Source: Antedon mediterranea (Eukaryota > Animalia > Echinodermata). Taken from it: DNA of 64,000 bases. Every line of letters starts with the position of its first letter. Positions within the stretch are counted from its first letter, which is position 1. The notes below the pieces were generated by a model. It did not search any database. It was not told the origin of the DNA and was given only the letters and a program-made list of their open reading frames with translations. The DNA lies in contig NC_092677.1 of assembly GCF_964355755.1 (NCBI RefSeq), forward strand, positions 6,718,101 through 6,782,100, read 5' to 3'. Made by a program: the position numbers and the translations under genes. Shown piece after piece: positions 13,601-25,600 of this stretch.

Positions 13601-16600
13601 ATTAATAAATTAAATATTTTGTATTTATAACAGTTGAATTAATTTTGTTATAAACTGCTTTTTAGGTCTTTACAGTTAATATAACCACATCAACTATAGT
13701 AATAATAGCTATTTTCACCTGGTTGCTTTTAAATTACAGTTCACATAGTTCTATAGTTCTATTCAAAGTCACCAAGCCTTTGGAGGGCTATGGTATACTT
13801 GTACAGTATGGTACATTATTATGGTGTATATACTCAAGTACAGCATGGTACACTATGGCATAATTGTGCAGTACTGCAGGTTTATTTGTACAGTATGGTA
13901 TACTATGCTGGTACAGTGTGGTATACTTGTACAGTATGGTACATTATTATTGTGTATATACTTAAGTACAGCATGGTACACTATGGCATAATTGTGCAGT
14001 ACTGCAGGTTTATTTGTACAGTATGGTATACTATGCTGGTAAAGTGTGGTATACTTGTACAGTATGGTACATTATTATTGTGTATATACTTAAGTACAGC
14101 ATGGTACACTATGGCATAATTGTGCAGTACTGCAGGTTTATTTGTACAGTATGGTACACTATGCTGGTAAAGTGTGGTATACTTGTACAGTACACTAATA
14201 CTTATATACAGTATGGTACACTATGGTATTCTTGGATACGGTGTATGTTATGAGTATGTTGTACAATAATATACTTTGGTATGCTGGTACTGGTAATCTT
14301 ACCGATCTATTGTTCTCTTCTTATCTCTCACTATGGTGTATAGTCCACAACATCAAAGAAAAAGGTTTGTTTTTGCATGAATTTTAATTTCTTTTTTCAA
14401 ACACGCATGCAGTGTATTAGCGTTGATAGTCTTCTAGCATTTCTGACTTTCTATAGTATTTTCTGTCTGTGCATGTATAAACTTTCTATAACTATCATAT
14501 TTTCTTTTTACACCTTTCCCTAACAGATAGAAACTAGTTATAATGAACTCAGACTTGTATGTATTTATAACCTCAAATTCTTAAATAGAGCTGTAACTGA
14601 CATATGCATGAGTTATTCAACATAGTTTTGTGACATCAAAAACATTCTTTCAACACAGAATTATGCATATTCAGCCATACATTCATATTAGCCTTCATTA
14701 GCCTCATCTTTATTATTATCTTGGAACCTTTATGCTTAAACCTTGGTTCCCACTAGGAAGAACGTATTAGCGCAGCGCATTATTTTTGACCAATCATACT
14801 TCAATCTGTCATTTGTAATTAGTCAACTTACTTGTGCTGTGCTAACGTTCTAGTGGGAACTAATAGTACTCCTTACAGTATTAATTTGTCTGTGCTGTTG
14901 AGTCTATTTGTCAACATCTTCTAAACCTAACATTAATCTACTTATACTATCTATGCTGCCTTTTACTGTAGTACTTTTCAAATACATGTGTTGCAATATA
15001 GTGTGTGCAGTTTCATTTGTTTAGACCTCCTTAACAAAGCCTTCACAAATGCTTTATGTTAATGTTATGTTTTTGCTTGAAAATCATGGAACTGGAAGAC
15101 TGTTTTTTTTTATACATAAATGTATATTGTTCCATCCATCCATTTTCAGCAATATAAAGTTTGCATGATGAATAGCCCCAGTAAACGTTTTTAAAGTGTA
15201 CTATGAGTTCCCAGAAAGAAAATGTATATAGTTCAATAAGTAGTAAAATAAGAATGTTTCAATGTGGCATAACAATAAAAAAAAACTAATCTTTATCTAA
15301 ATTCCTTTTTGGAACACATGAGCCACCCACTTCTGTGTTGATCATTGGCCCATAGTTTCCTCGTAGGCTATTTGCCTCATTGTCAATAAATAATTAAATC
15401 TCAAAAACCATATTTCTAGTAATTGTAGCTACATGCTATTACAACATACCTAAATATAGCAAAAAAAAAAAAAAATTCACTGAATAATTAGATTTTTTTA
15501 ACCTTTCCAGCTTCTTGTAGATGAAGATACAAGAGGAAGCTCTCCTGACTACCAGACCATGGACAGTCCACCAGCATCAGAGACATTAGTCCATGAAGAG
15601 GGTACGTCCTATCAGCATCATGATAGAACAGATAGTGACATGAGCGCAGGGGTGGAACATCCAAAAGCGAGTCCTTTGGGTACACTCGTCGCGTACATCA
15701 CTAAGCAGAGCTACATAGCTGCTCTTATACTAATGATGGTGAGTGATTTAACTACAGGCTTGGCTTTAGGAGATAATGATGGTTTTGTCTACTTGGATAG
15801 AATTGCACAGGGTTTTTAATCCTGTATACTAAGCAAGACATATTTTTTCATTTTTAATGTGTACAATTGTTAGGAATTCAATGGTAGGAACAACCTGCTA
15901 AATTGTTAGGTAGTGAAAGAAAAAAAAACAGATAGGAAGCTTTTGATTTGCGATGACTGAGGACTGATGACCAACATTGGTTAGGTCAGTTGATGTGTCG
16001 TCAGTCATCTGAACCTTAATCATCAAACCTGTGTCAAGGTGAGGAGTGAAGACACACGTCCTAATATTCCTGCATACACACATTGAACTAACATGACATA
16101 GTAACAAATCAAAAGCTCTCTGTACTAAAGAATTCTATTTACTGTATATGCCACTATTTAATTTCCGCGATTAGGAGCCTTACTAAATATCGACAGTTAT
16201 GTAGAAAAGTAGCCTTTAATTGAAAAGTTAAAACTCAGAAGAAAATTGACACACACTTATAACATATCGTCTCTAGTCAGTACCGCCACAATCTGCAATG
16301 TTTCCATCGTGACAGTTTAAAACATCGACAACTTCGACATCAGTTGAAGTTTTAATTTATCAATGTAATTCTTTAGATCATTCAGGAAAATTTTTTACCT
16401 TTTGTTTATTGATTGACTATTAAAATATATTTCCTTTTGTCATTTAGGCATGGAGTATCACCTACCACAGTTGGATGTCCTTCATACTTCTTCTCTGGGC
16501 ATGTGCTTGCTGGATAATTCCAGGTTCGAGAAAGTGCGCCCTGTACAGCTCACCTTTTCTAGTCTTTTACACAGAGTGTCTGATCATTATCCAGTTTGTG

Positions 16601-19600
16601 TATGGATTGAATTTGACAGAAGAGGAACTGCCGGAAACAACAGACAGTGGAGTGAATCTGAACGAGATAGGTCTTCAGAAATACGAATTTCCGTGTACCG
16701 TATTAGCAGTAAAGGTAATAACTATAATACTATAATACTGTCATAAAACTTATCCCGAATTATCACTCTACTATTGTCCGTGAACCTAAATCTTTGTCTA
16801 ATCTCTCCCTAAAAATCACATGATGAAGACATAAACAAGATAGAAAAGTTAAATTTATATTCCAATAATTTTTTTTTTTAAACAATAAGAATAAAACAAA
16901 ATGTGAAAGTCAGAAAAGAAGTCTCAGTAGCATATGCAGTTATGTTGATATAAAGTTTGTCGTACACCACATCATAGTTCTGAAAAACTTTTGAGTTTCT
17001 CGACGTGTCTATCAGTATAATTTGATTGTCCTCGGGAGTGAGATAGATAAATATTTTCACATTCTTTATATCAACATATTTGATTTCGCTATGCCAACCT
17101 TCGAACAATACATATGCAGTTAGTTGGTCAGACTAATTAGATTAGAATACCCTCCTTATAAAAACAATGCAACACTGGTTCTTTGTGTTAAATGGATGTT
17201 AATTCCTTACATATTTAATTGTTTACTTACAGATTCTGTATACATGCATGTTTTGGCTAACACTTCGCCAGTTCTGTCGGGAAGCTAAGCTACGTGAACT
17301 CGACCATCACCAAGCTGCAGATGGCATCATTCTTCAGCCGTTCGGAATGATTTTCTCTGATCCAACGCATGAAGTTCAAGGTATTTCTTGACGAATTTAA
17401 TCAAAATTAAGCGCATTTTCGTTTCCATATAAAAAATTCCTACTATCCCAAACACTAAAAGGTGGATCAAAATCAACTACACTCATTCTAACTCGCGCAA
17501 AACATCCTAAACCATTGCCCGGGATTGGATTGTGCTCCTAATTATGACATTCTTTTTACTTTTATTTATAAAAATACTCTTTTCTTTACAGCTTTAGCTG
17601 AAAGGACAGACACTACGGACCAGGTTGATACTGTAAAGAGTGAAACTATGATGATCATAGGCAGTGCCATTATGGACTTGATAGCCAAGTACTGGATCCT
17701 GCTGTGTGGCGGCATGTTTCTTATAGTTAGTCTGCAGGACAACGTAGATTGTTTTAAGATAATCTACATGGCGCTTTTCTTGTTCATCATGACCATTTTT
17801 GTTGTAAGAAATATTTATGTTTATTTTTAGAAATCTTAAAAAGCCATTCAATAAATTAAGAGAAGCTTTGGACTTAATAGCTTTCAACAGTGGCAGTGTG
17901 CCTGTTTTTTACTAGGCAAATTGTTTGAGTGCATCGAAACCATAATCTTGTACGCGTACGTATGAATACTTTCATATTCCAAATACCTTTCTGTGACAAA
18001 TTCTAATTGATGGAAATGAAAATTGCAGCTATTTGCCTAGTGGAAAACGGCTTTAGTGTTTTATTTTATATAATGTGGTGGCAGTATATATTTAATTGTT
18101 TGTTTGGTAATTTTATTTTCGATCTATAGAAACTACAGATACAAACAAAAGATTTCCCTTATACAAAAGAAGTTGTTTTGTATTGTAATATTTCAAAATG
18201 AATACAGGAGTTTAAATATTTTATACAAGCTCAATGGAATTTCTTGAATTTTTGGAGAAATAAATTTGACTTTGACTTTAGGATTCACCTTAAAACTAAT
18301 CATGGTTCTTATCATGTTTAAATTAAGTATAAAATTGTAAAACTACCTCAAAACTCAACAAATTTTTATTTTATCAGTTTTCCTGGCGCCTGTTCCGAGG
18401 GATTGTGTATTTGTTCTGGTGGGTTGTCGTCATCTATTCCATGATAGTACTTGTTCTCGTCTACACGTTCCAGTTTGAAGAATTTCCTGGAATATGGCAG
18501 AATGCTACCAAACTTAATAATGAAACGTAGGTGTTATGTGTTTTTTTTTAGATATTTATTTTAAGCCCATTTAACAATGATACATAGATAAAATATACAT
18601 TTCTTCTATAGAAAACAAAAAAAAATATAAAAAGAACTATAGAAAAGCTAATGTCTCTGAGAAAGAAAAACTATTTTGTTGTAGAAACATTTTTATTGTT
18701 TAAAGCCTTCCCTTCCAGATCTATTTAGGATAATAATTAAGTATATAAGGAGTCTCACATAACTAAAAATAAAATGAACATTTTAAAAAATAACAACTGT
18801 GGACCATTTTATTTCAGAATCTTCTGAGACCTTAACTTAGCCCATCAGAATTTTTTTAAATCTAATTTCCACTCTATTTATGGTCAATTTGTTGTGTCTT
18901 TCACAGGTTAAACGACATAGGTCTGGCGGTATTTAACACATCAGAACTGTTTTTGAATTTACTTATTCCTACATCGTTTATCGTTGTTGTCATGGCTCAG
19001 ATTCACTATTTCCATTCTGTCTTTCTAAAATTAAGTGACATCAAAAGACCTAGGTAATGGTAAAATTTTAACATAATAATAATATGTTTATATAGCATTT
19101 GTTGTACTTCACATTATTACCCCGGTCATTGGATCAAACATGTATGAACAGCTACCATAATTATGCAGCTATAATCACCGCAATTGTGTTTAATCTTACC
19201 TTGCACCCATTTACACCTGGGTGGAGAGGGCAAACATATTAGTGTCTTGCATAGGACACCAGCAATGCGACAAGCGTTGATCTCTAACTCTTGATTCTAC
19301 GATCAGAAGTCCAATGCCTAAGGCACTGCATCACTCATATTTATAGGGAAAATAGGTCAGTTAATACCCAATTTGATTTATTTTTATACCATACAAGAAC
19401 AAATACAGATAAAAACGCAATCATTTTGCATGGTGACCGGGATAACCCTCTAAATCGCCAAAAGGGGACTTGTTCCCTGAGGGGTCTCCAAATCTCAATG
19501 AGTTTTATTGTCGAGTCGAGTGGCCAAACGGATAAGTGCCGCCGCTGCTAACCATAGCTATACAATCGGCACACGTTCAAGCCACTCCTCGACCATAATC

Positions 19601-22600
19601 TCAAATAATGACTTAAAACTGGAGGTCCAGTGTACACATCTGTACCAGTACTTATTTCGGAAGAGTAGGAGATTACCCCGGTGTACTAGTCTATTCAGCT
19701 CCTGTCGTCGTGGACAGATGAACAGGCACCATTTGGTGGCAGCGTTCAACATGTAGAAACCCTTAGGGGAGTAGAAAGTTGTGGTATGTGTCGTCCACAC
19801 CTGTGCTCAATCATACATCAACTTGGTTTTTTTATATAGTGATGGTAACTACAGTACACCCGCTGATGATATAGAGGATAATGATGAAGGTATAAAAGAT
19901 GAAGTTGATGCAGAATCAGAACAAAGCAAAGGTGAGATCATGTGATGTTTTTCTGAAAATCTCATTATAACCAATTAATTAAATATTTTAAATAGTTTTT
20001 GTACAATAAATAAGATTTGTAGCACAACAATAGTGAAATATTTTAAGACCGTTAAAATGAAAACTCATCTTTCTTGGTGAATAATACTGTATAAAAATGT
20101 TTTTAATCGCATCAATTTTTATGTTGGTGGCTTTTATGCTGATCTTGAATATTCCTAGAAAAAACTGCTAGTTACCTGTCTCTGTATGCTTTGTATTGTT
20201 TTCCTGAATAATTTACAAATAAATAGATATAAATTTGAATTTTAAAGGTAAATTTATCGGTGTTTTGATCAAGTGTTTAATATTTGTATACAGTATTTTA
20301 AGATCATTTTGCGTTTTATTCCATAATGCTTGGATTTTTTGCAGCTAAAAAAAGCTTGAAGCTATACCTAGCACAGCTGTTCAAGACAGGTTTGGCCTAC
20401 TACCACAAGATAACGTCTACACTGTGGAGAGTCATTGAAATTCACATGATGAAAGTTGTCTTCTTTACTATTATCATGGTAGCATGCCATGAGGTATTTA
20501 TACTTTCTATATAAATTGGAATATCAAATGCTAGGCCTTGCAAAAAGTCAGATTTTAAGAGTAGAGTAGAGCATTGAACCTTTCATGTCTCACTCAATTC
20601 TCAACATTTTTACAAACAATGTTTTATGCTCATGCAATGGAACAAATAATTTCATTTCTTGAAAGAGGACCATTTGTTCTATTTTCACCTCATGAACTTA
20701 TTTGTACTATTGCACTCATTAAAATTAAATCTGGTTATTTTGATATTTGAGCAAGTGAGGTCTACATCTGAAGCTCTGTCTACACTATCAATCTGTATGT
20801 GACAAAAAAATGTGATGTGCCCATATATGGACATGATGATGTCATATAACTACCATGTTTGGGCATATCACTACCATATTTGGACACATCACACTTTTTT
20901 TGTCAAACTAGTTTGATAGTGTAGACAGAACTTAAGTAACATGGAAAATATTTTGTTTCCATGATGGATTTTAAGCACTCTTGTCTTGTATAGGTCACAG
21001 CAGTGAACTGTGTGTTTTTGTTCCTGATGTTCTTTGCCATTCCTGTCCGGAGCCTTCAAAGACTCTTCTGTCTGATCGCCATCATCTGGGCATCGATCGT
21101 CCTGCTCTGCAAGATGATCTATCAATTGAGTTTTGTAGAAATTGATGTTGAGCCAAACGAAAACTGCACAATACAGGTAATGTATGTACTGTATATTGCA
21201 GGGACTGCCTCGTAAACATCTACATTAAAACAAATTAAAATCATATTATTGCAGTAAATGTATACTGCATTCAGTGCAGTAGAATAATTTTTGACAGTGA
21301 TCCCTTAATGTTACAGTTATTCGTTTATTATGTTATCCATCAATTTATCCTCACGGTTATCTTTGGGCTGATGAACTTTGCTGTCATGCACGTCATTCTT
21401 GAAGTAGTTAGTAAATCATAACCATGATGCATCATTATGCCCTGACAAATTTTGGTTCGCACTGTTTCCACATTTAATGCGTAACAATGTGTGTCATTAT
21501 TGCACGTATTGTCATGCATATGTTATGTATAGTACACGCCTTGTGTGCCCAGTATCACCCGCATTGTTACGTATGCTATTCCACATTGTCTGCATGGGCA
21601 ACCTATATGCATATCATTCAAAAACCACCTACCGTGCAATCATGATCGCCATGTCAAGAACTAGTTGTGAACTGCACGCCAATGATACGCATACGTTACG
21701 CACAGTTCACAAATTTAGAAAGGAACAAACATGTTGACCATTTGTACCCACATTTTATGCATTGTCCCACAAGTTGCCACACACGATTCCTGCATTGTCA
21801 CGCATGCAGTGTAGGACCGAAATTTCAACAGGCTTTACTAATTTTCTTTTCTGCAGTTATGTTTAACTTAGCAGTTAGTTATATTACAGTTATTGAATTC
21901 TTTTTAGAGTAAAAGCACTGCAGACTGGCTTGGTTTTGAAATCCTAGATAAAGAAAGTTTTCCTGAATATGTACAAGTAAGTAATCAGTTTGCATTTTTT
22001 TAAATTATAGAATAGAAAATTGGTATTACAATACAAATGGATTATGTTAAGTACCACACAGTAGTTTCAACTCAACAAATTAAATATTAAGAGACTTTAG
22101 GAAAGCATGACCAAACAATAGAAGGTGCATATAGACATAGAAGACAATTCCTTGTAAGATACAAGTAATTTAAATAACAATAGATGTATATTGAGACAAC
22201 AGTACTAATTGCATAATATAAACAGCTTGCCTTCTCTACTTTCTTTGTATCCTTTGTTTTTATATTCATAACCAAGCACCTGAAGATTGAGGTACTCCTC
22301 ATGAAACAGCCTGTAGTGCATTAAAATGTTATGTAAATGCATCTTTGACTATTTCTGAAGCTCTATCTACACTATCAAATTTTAGGTGACTCAAACATGT
22401 GATGTGGCACAATGATGTCATATTACTACCATATTTGGGCACATCCCACTTTTTTTGTCCAACTAATTTGATAGTGTAAATTATAGATAGATTATATTTG
22501 TTATGTGATCACCTGTATCAAGCATTTGGTTTTCTTCCACAGGGATATGTGTTCATAATTGTAGCCTTGATTTTGAACTCAATTGTCACCTTGCATCAAA

Positions 22601-25600
22601 AGCAACATTACTATGATCAAGGGAAAGCAGTCCCAAAAGAGGTCATTATATTTGAAGGGGTCAACAGAGACAACGCCGACGAGGGCCTGGTCAATATGTT
22701 TAAGTTTATGGCTAACTACGGCTTCTATAAGTATGGTCTTGAGGTATAGTAATATGCATGGTTTCCCCCCAGCATTTCATGAGTTTTTGTTGGCGACTAC
22801 TCCCCCGAACATCATTCATCAACCCTCCGGGAGGCAGAACTTCAATTTTAGACCTGGATTAGACATTTATTGATGGCGCCAATGACACAATGATTTTCGA
22901 CAAACATAATTCTCAAAATATTTACTAAAAAGCTGAACAGTTCATTAGTACCATTCACTTTACCATTCAATAGAACTAATACTGAACGACATGTTATGTA
23001 TGTAATTAATATGTAATCAACCAATCAAAATAGTAATGATACACTCTAATGTATTATACAATTTTCTATTGATTTCTGTTTTCAGATGTCATACATAATG
23101 ATTGTGATAACGGTGTGCATTCGTCTTGACATATTTGCCATCGTCTACATCACGTTCCTTTTGATCATGATCTTCTTGGATCGCAAGGTCGTGATGGTCA
23201 TCTGGCCGATCTTCCTCATTGTCTTGGCCATTCTTCTACCAGTCACCTATTGTCTGTGCCTAGGACTGCCGCCCATTTTTTGTATCAGTGAGTTTTGAAA
23301 AATAAAACATAATTTTAACAATAATTTTTTAGTGGTTTTGCCACCTTTAAGAAGGACAGGAATTAAATCACTTATGGTTATCCTTGGCAATATGGCTAAA
23401 TTTAGAATACTTTTACTATAATAATAAGTTTATTTTATTGATTTTTTTTTTCAGATTACATTTGGGATGGTTTGAATAAACAATTAGTAACTTGGCTGTA
23501 CCTACCACTATATGACCAGCCCCTCAATGCTAAGTTTATCATAGGTAAGAAATACAGTACAAACATTAGAAGATCTAATCAATTGTTTATATTTTAGCTA
23601 CTTTTTATACCCCTTTTCACATTAAACACTCTGAATAAATAGCCAGTGTCTCCGAGGTTCTACAGCTTGGGAGAGGTTTAGGTTCATTCACATCAATTCT
23701 GTAAAGGTGCCCTTATGTACGACATGGAATTCAATTCAACTGTGTTGACAAAATGTCAACATAAGCTTAGTTGCTTTCAGTTGCCTATGTTCTATTTTTT
23801 CCGGAACTGAAAACCTTGAATCGAGTCACACATGCGATATGGGTTACCGGGATCCGTTCGCTTTTATCAAAAAGGGCTTGTGCATACTGGTTCCTATACA
23901 ACTACGAATTGCATTGCGCGCGCCGTAAGGTAACCACGATTAGTTACTATCAGTTCCAGTGGCATAATGGCTTGTACACGGATTCCTTTCTGTTCTGTTC
24001 AGTTCTGGTTAGTTCCGTTCAGTTGCTCAAACTTTTTACATAAGCACTCTTGCCCAACTAGTTCCTTTGAGTTGAGTTGAGTTCCATGTTCAAATACGTT
24101 AAGATGTTGAAAGCTTAAATACAGCCTCCTGTGTTTCCTTATTTTCTCATATATAATATTCCGCTCTAGATGATAAATATGTTAAATAAATAAACTTTCG
24201 ACCGAGGGAGATCCTTCTGACTCTAAACAACATTAAGTAACTAGATTGTACACTTTTCCTTTTCAGCTGATTTCTTTCAACTGCTGTTAGTTAGTCTTCA
24301 ATGGCAGGTATTCCTGAAGGAATCACAGACAGGATTTCCTGGAGGCAACAACAACGTGGCAAAGGACACGTTCAAAGATGATGCCGAAAGAATCACGTCA
24401 AATCCTGTACCAAACTTTACCTTTAACAAGTATGTATCAATAGAAATTTAACAAAAAGAATGTGGCAGGGTCATTGCACATTATAGCAATAAGGTTGATC
24501 ACGTTCAAGGCTATCCTCATCTATTGTAAATGTGGGGAATAACCTGCATCTTGCAGTCCAACTGAGCTGTATTGCACATATTTGTGGATGACGCACCTCA
24601 AAGGATCCCTTTGTGTCAAGTGCTTCCACCAAACGGTGTCATTCTGTCCACAACTACAGGGGCTGAAATGGACCAGCATACCATGGTAATTCCTTACTCT
24701 TCCGAAAGATGAACTGGATTATTTAAAGTGCACACGTGCCAGACTTGACATCAAAACAATGGTCGTGTGTCTTGAACCTGTGCTGATTGTATAGCTATGG
24801 TTTACAACGCCGCTTAACTGCTCGGCCACTCAACTTGATTAGAACAAATTTATAAGATAAGATAAAACTTTTAAATGGAGGTCCTGTATATCTGGCTCAT
24901 GTGCAATGCATTTTTCAGAAGGGTAGGGGTTATCGCGGTGTTTTGGTGTGGAAACTGGAGGCATGAAAGGTAGCTTATTGTGTTGTTTAGCCTAGTATCC
25001 ACAGGTTATTCTCACAATGTGAGTTCTAACTTTAGAAATATTAAATAATTTTAAAAATGTACAATGTTTTTGTTTCATTCTAGATCATACTTGGATCTTT
25101 GCAAGGTATGTCTGCCATAAATGTTATCATACTTTTTAAATATTAAATTGAACTGTTGACCTTTTATAATGGTAATGCAAGCCCTGATTGTATGTATTAC
25201 AATTATTTTTTAAATTTCAATTTTTTTGCTTTTTTATAAATCTTAAATTTTAATCCTTGTTTAAATGGTATAGATTTTATAAAATGTATATATATTTTTT
25301 TAATTGTTTATTTTATATGTTTTTTACATCACTTTTATTCTTCTACCCTACCTTTACCCACCAGAGTGCTGTCTTAGGGTACAATTTCTGGGTGTGCCTG
25401 GCTATTCTGTACATTACAGCCACAAGCCACACCAATATTCTAGGTGTAGGCTATCTTATCATAGCCTTCTCCTGCCTAGGTTTTGGCCGTAACTTACTCA
25501 TGAAACCTATGGCTGAGGCTGTCAAGTTGTAAGTACAATAAGTGCAAAAGCCACTGATTGCTGCCTGATGTAAATTAACCCACGTATTTGCATAGTAATC

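Noticed and set aside
12562-14253. His/Pro-rich and Tyr/Val-rich ORFs
   Set aside because: Translations of intronic minisatellites.
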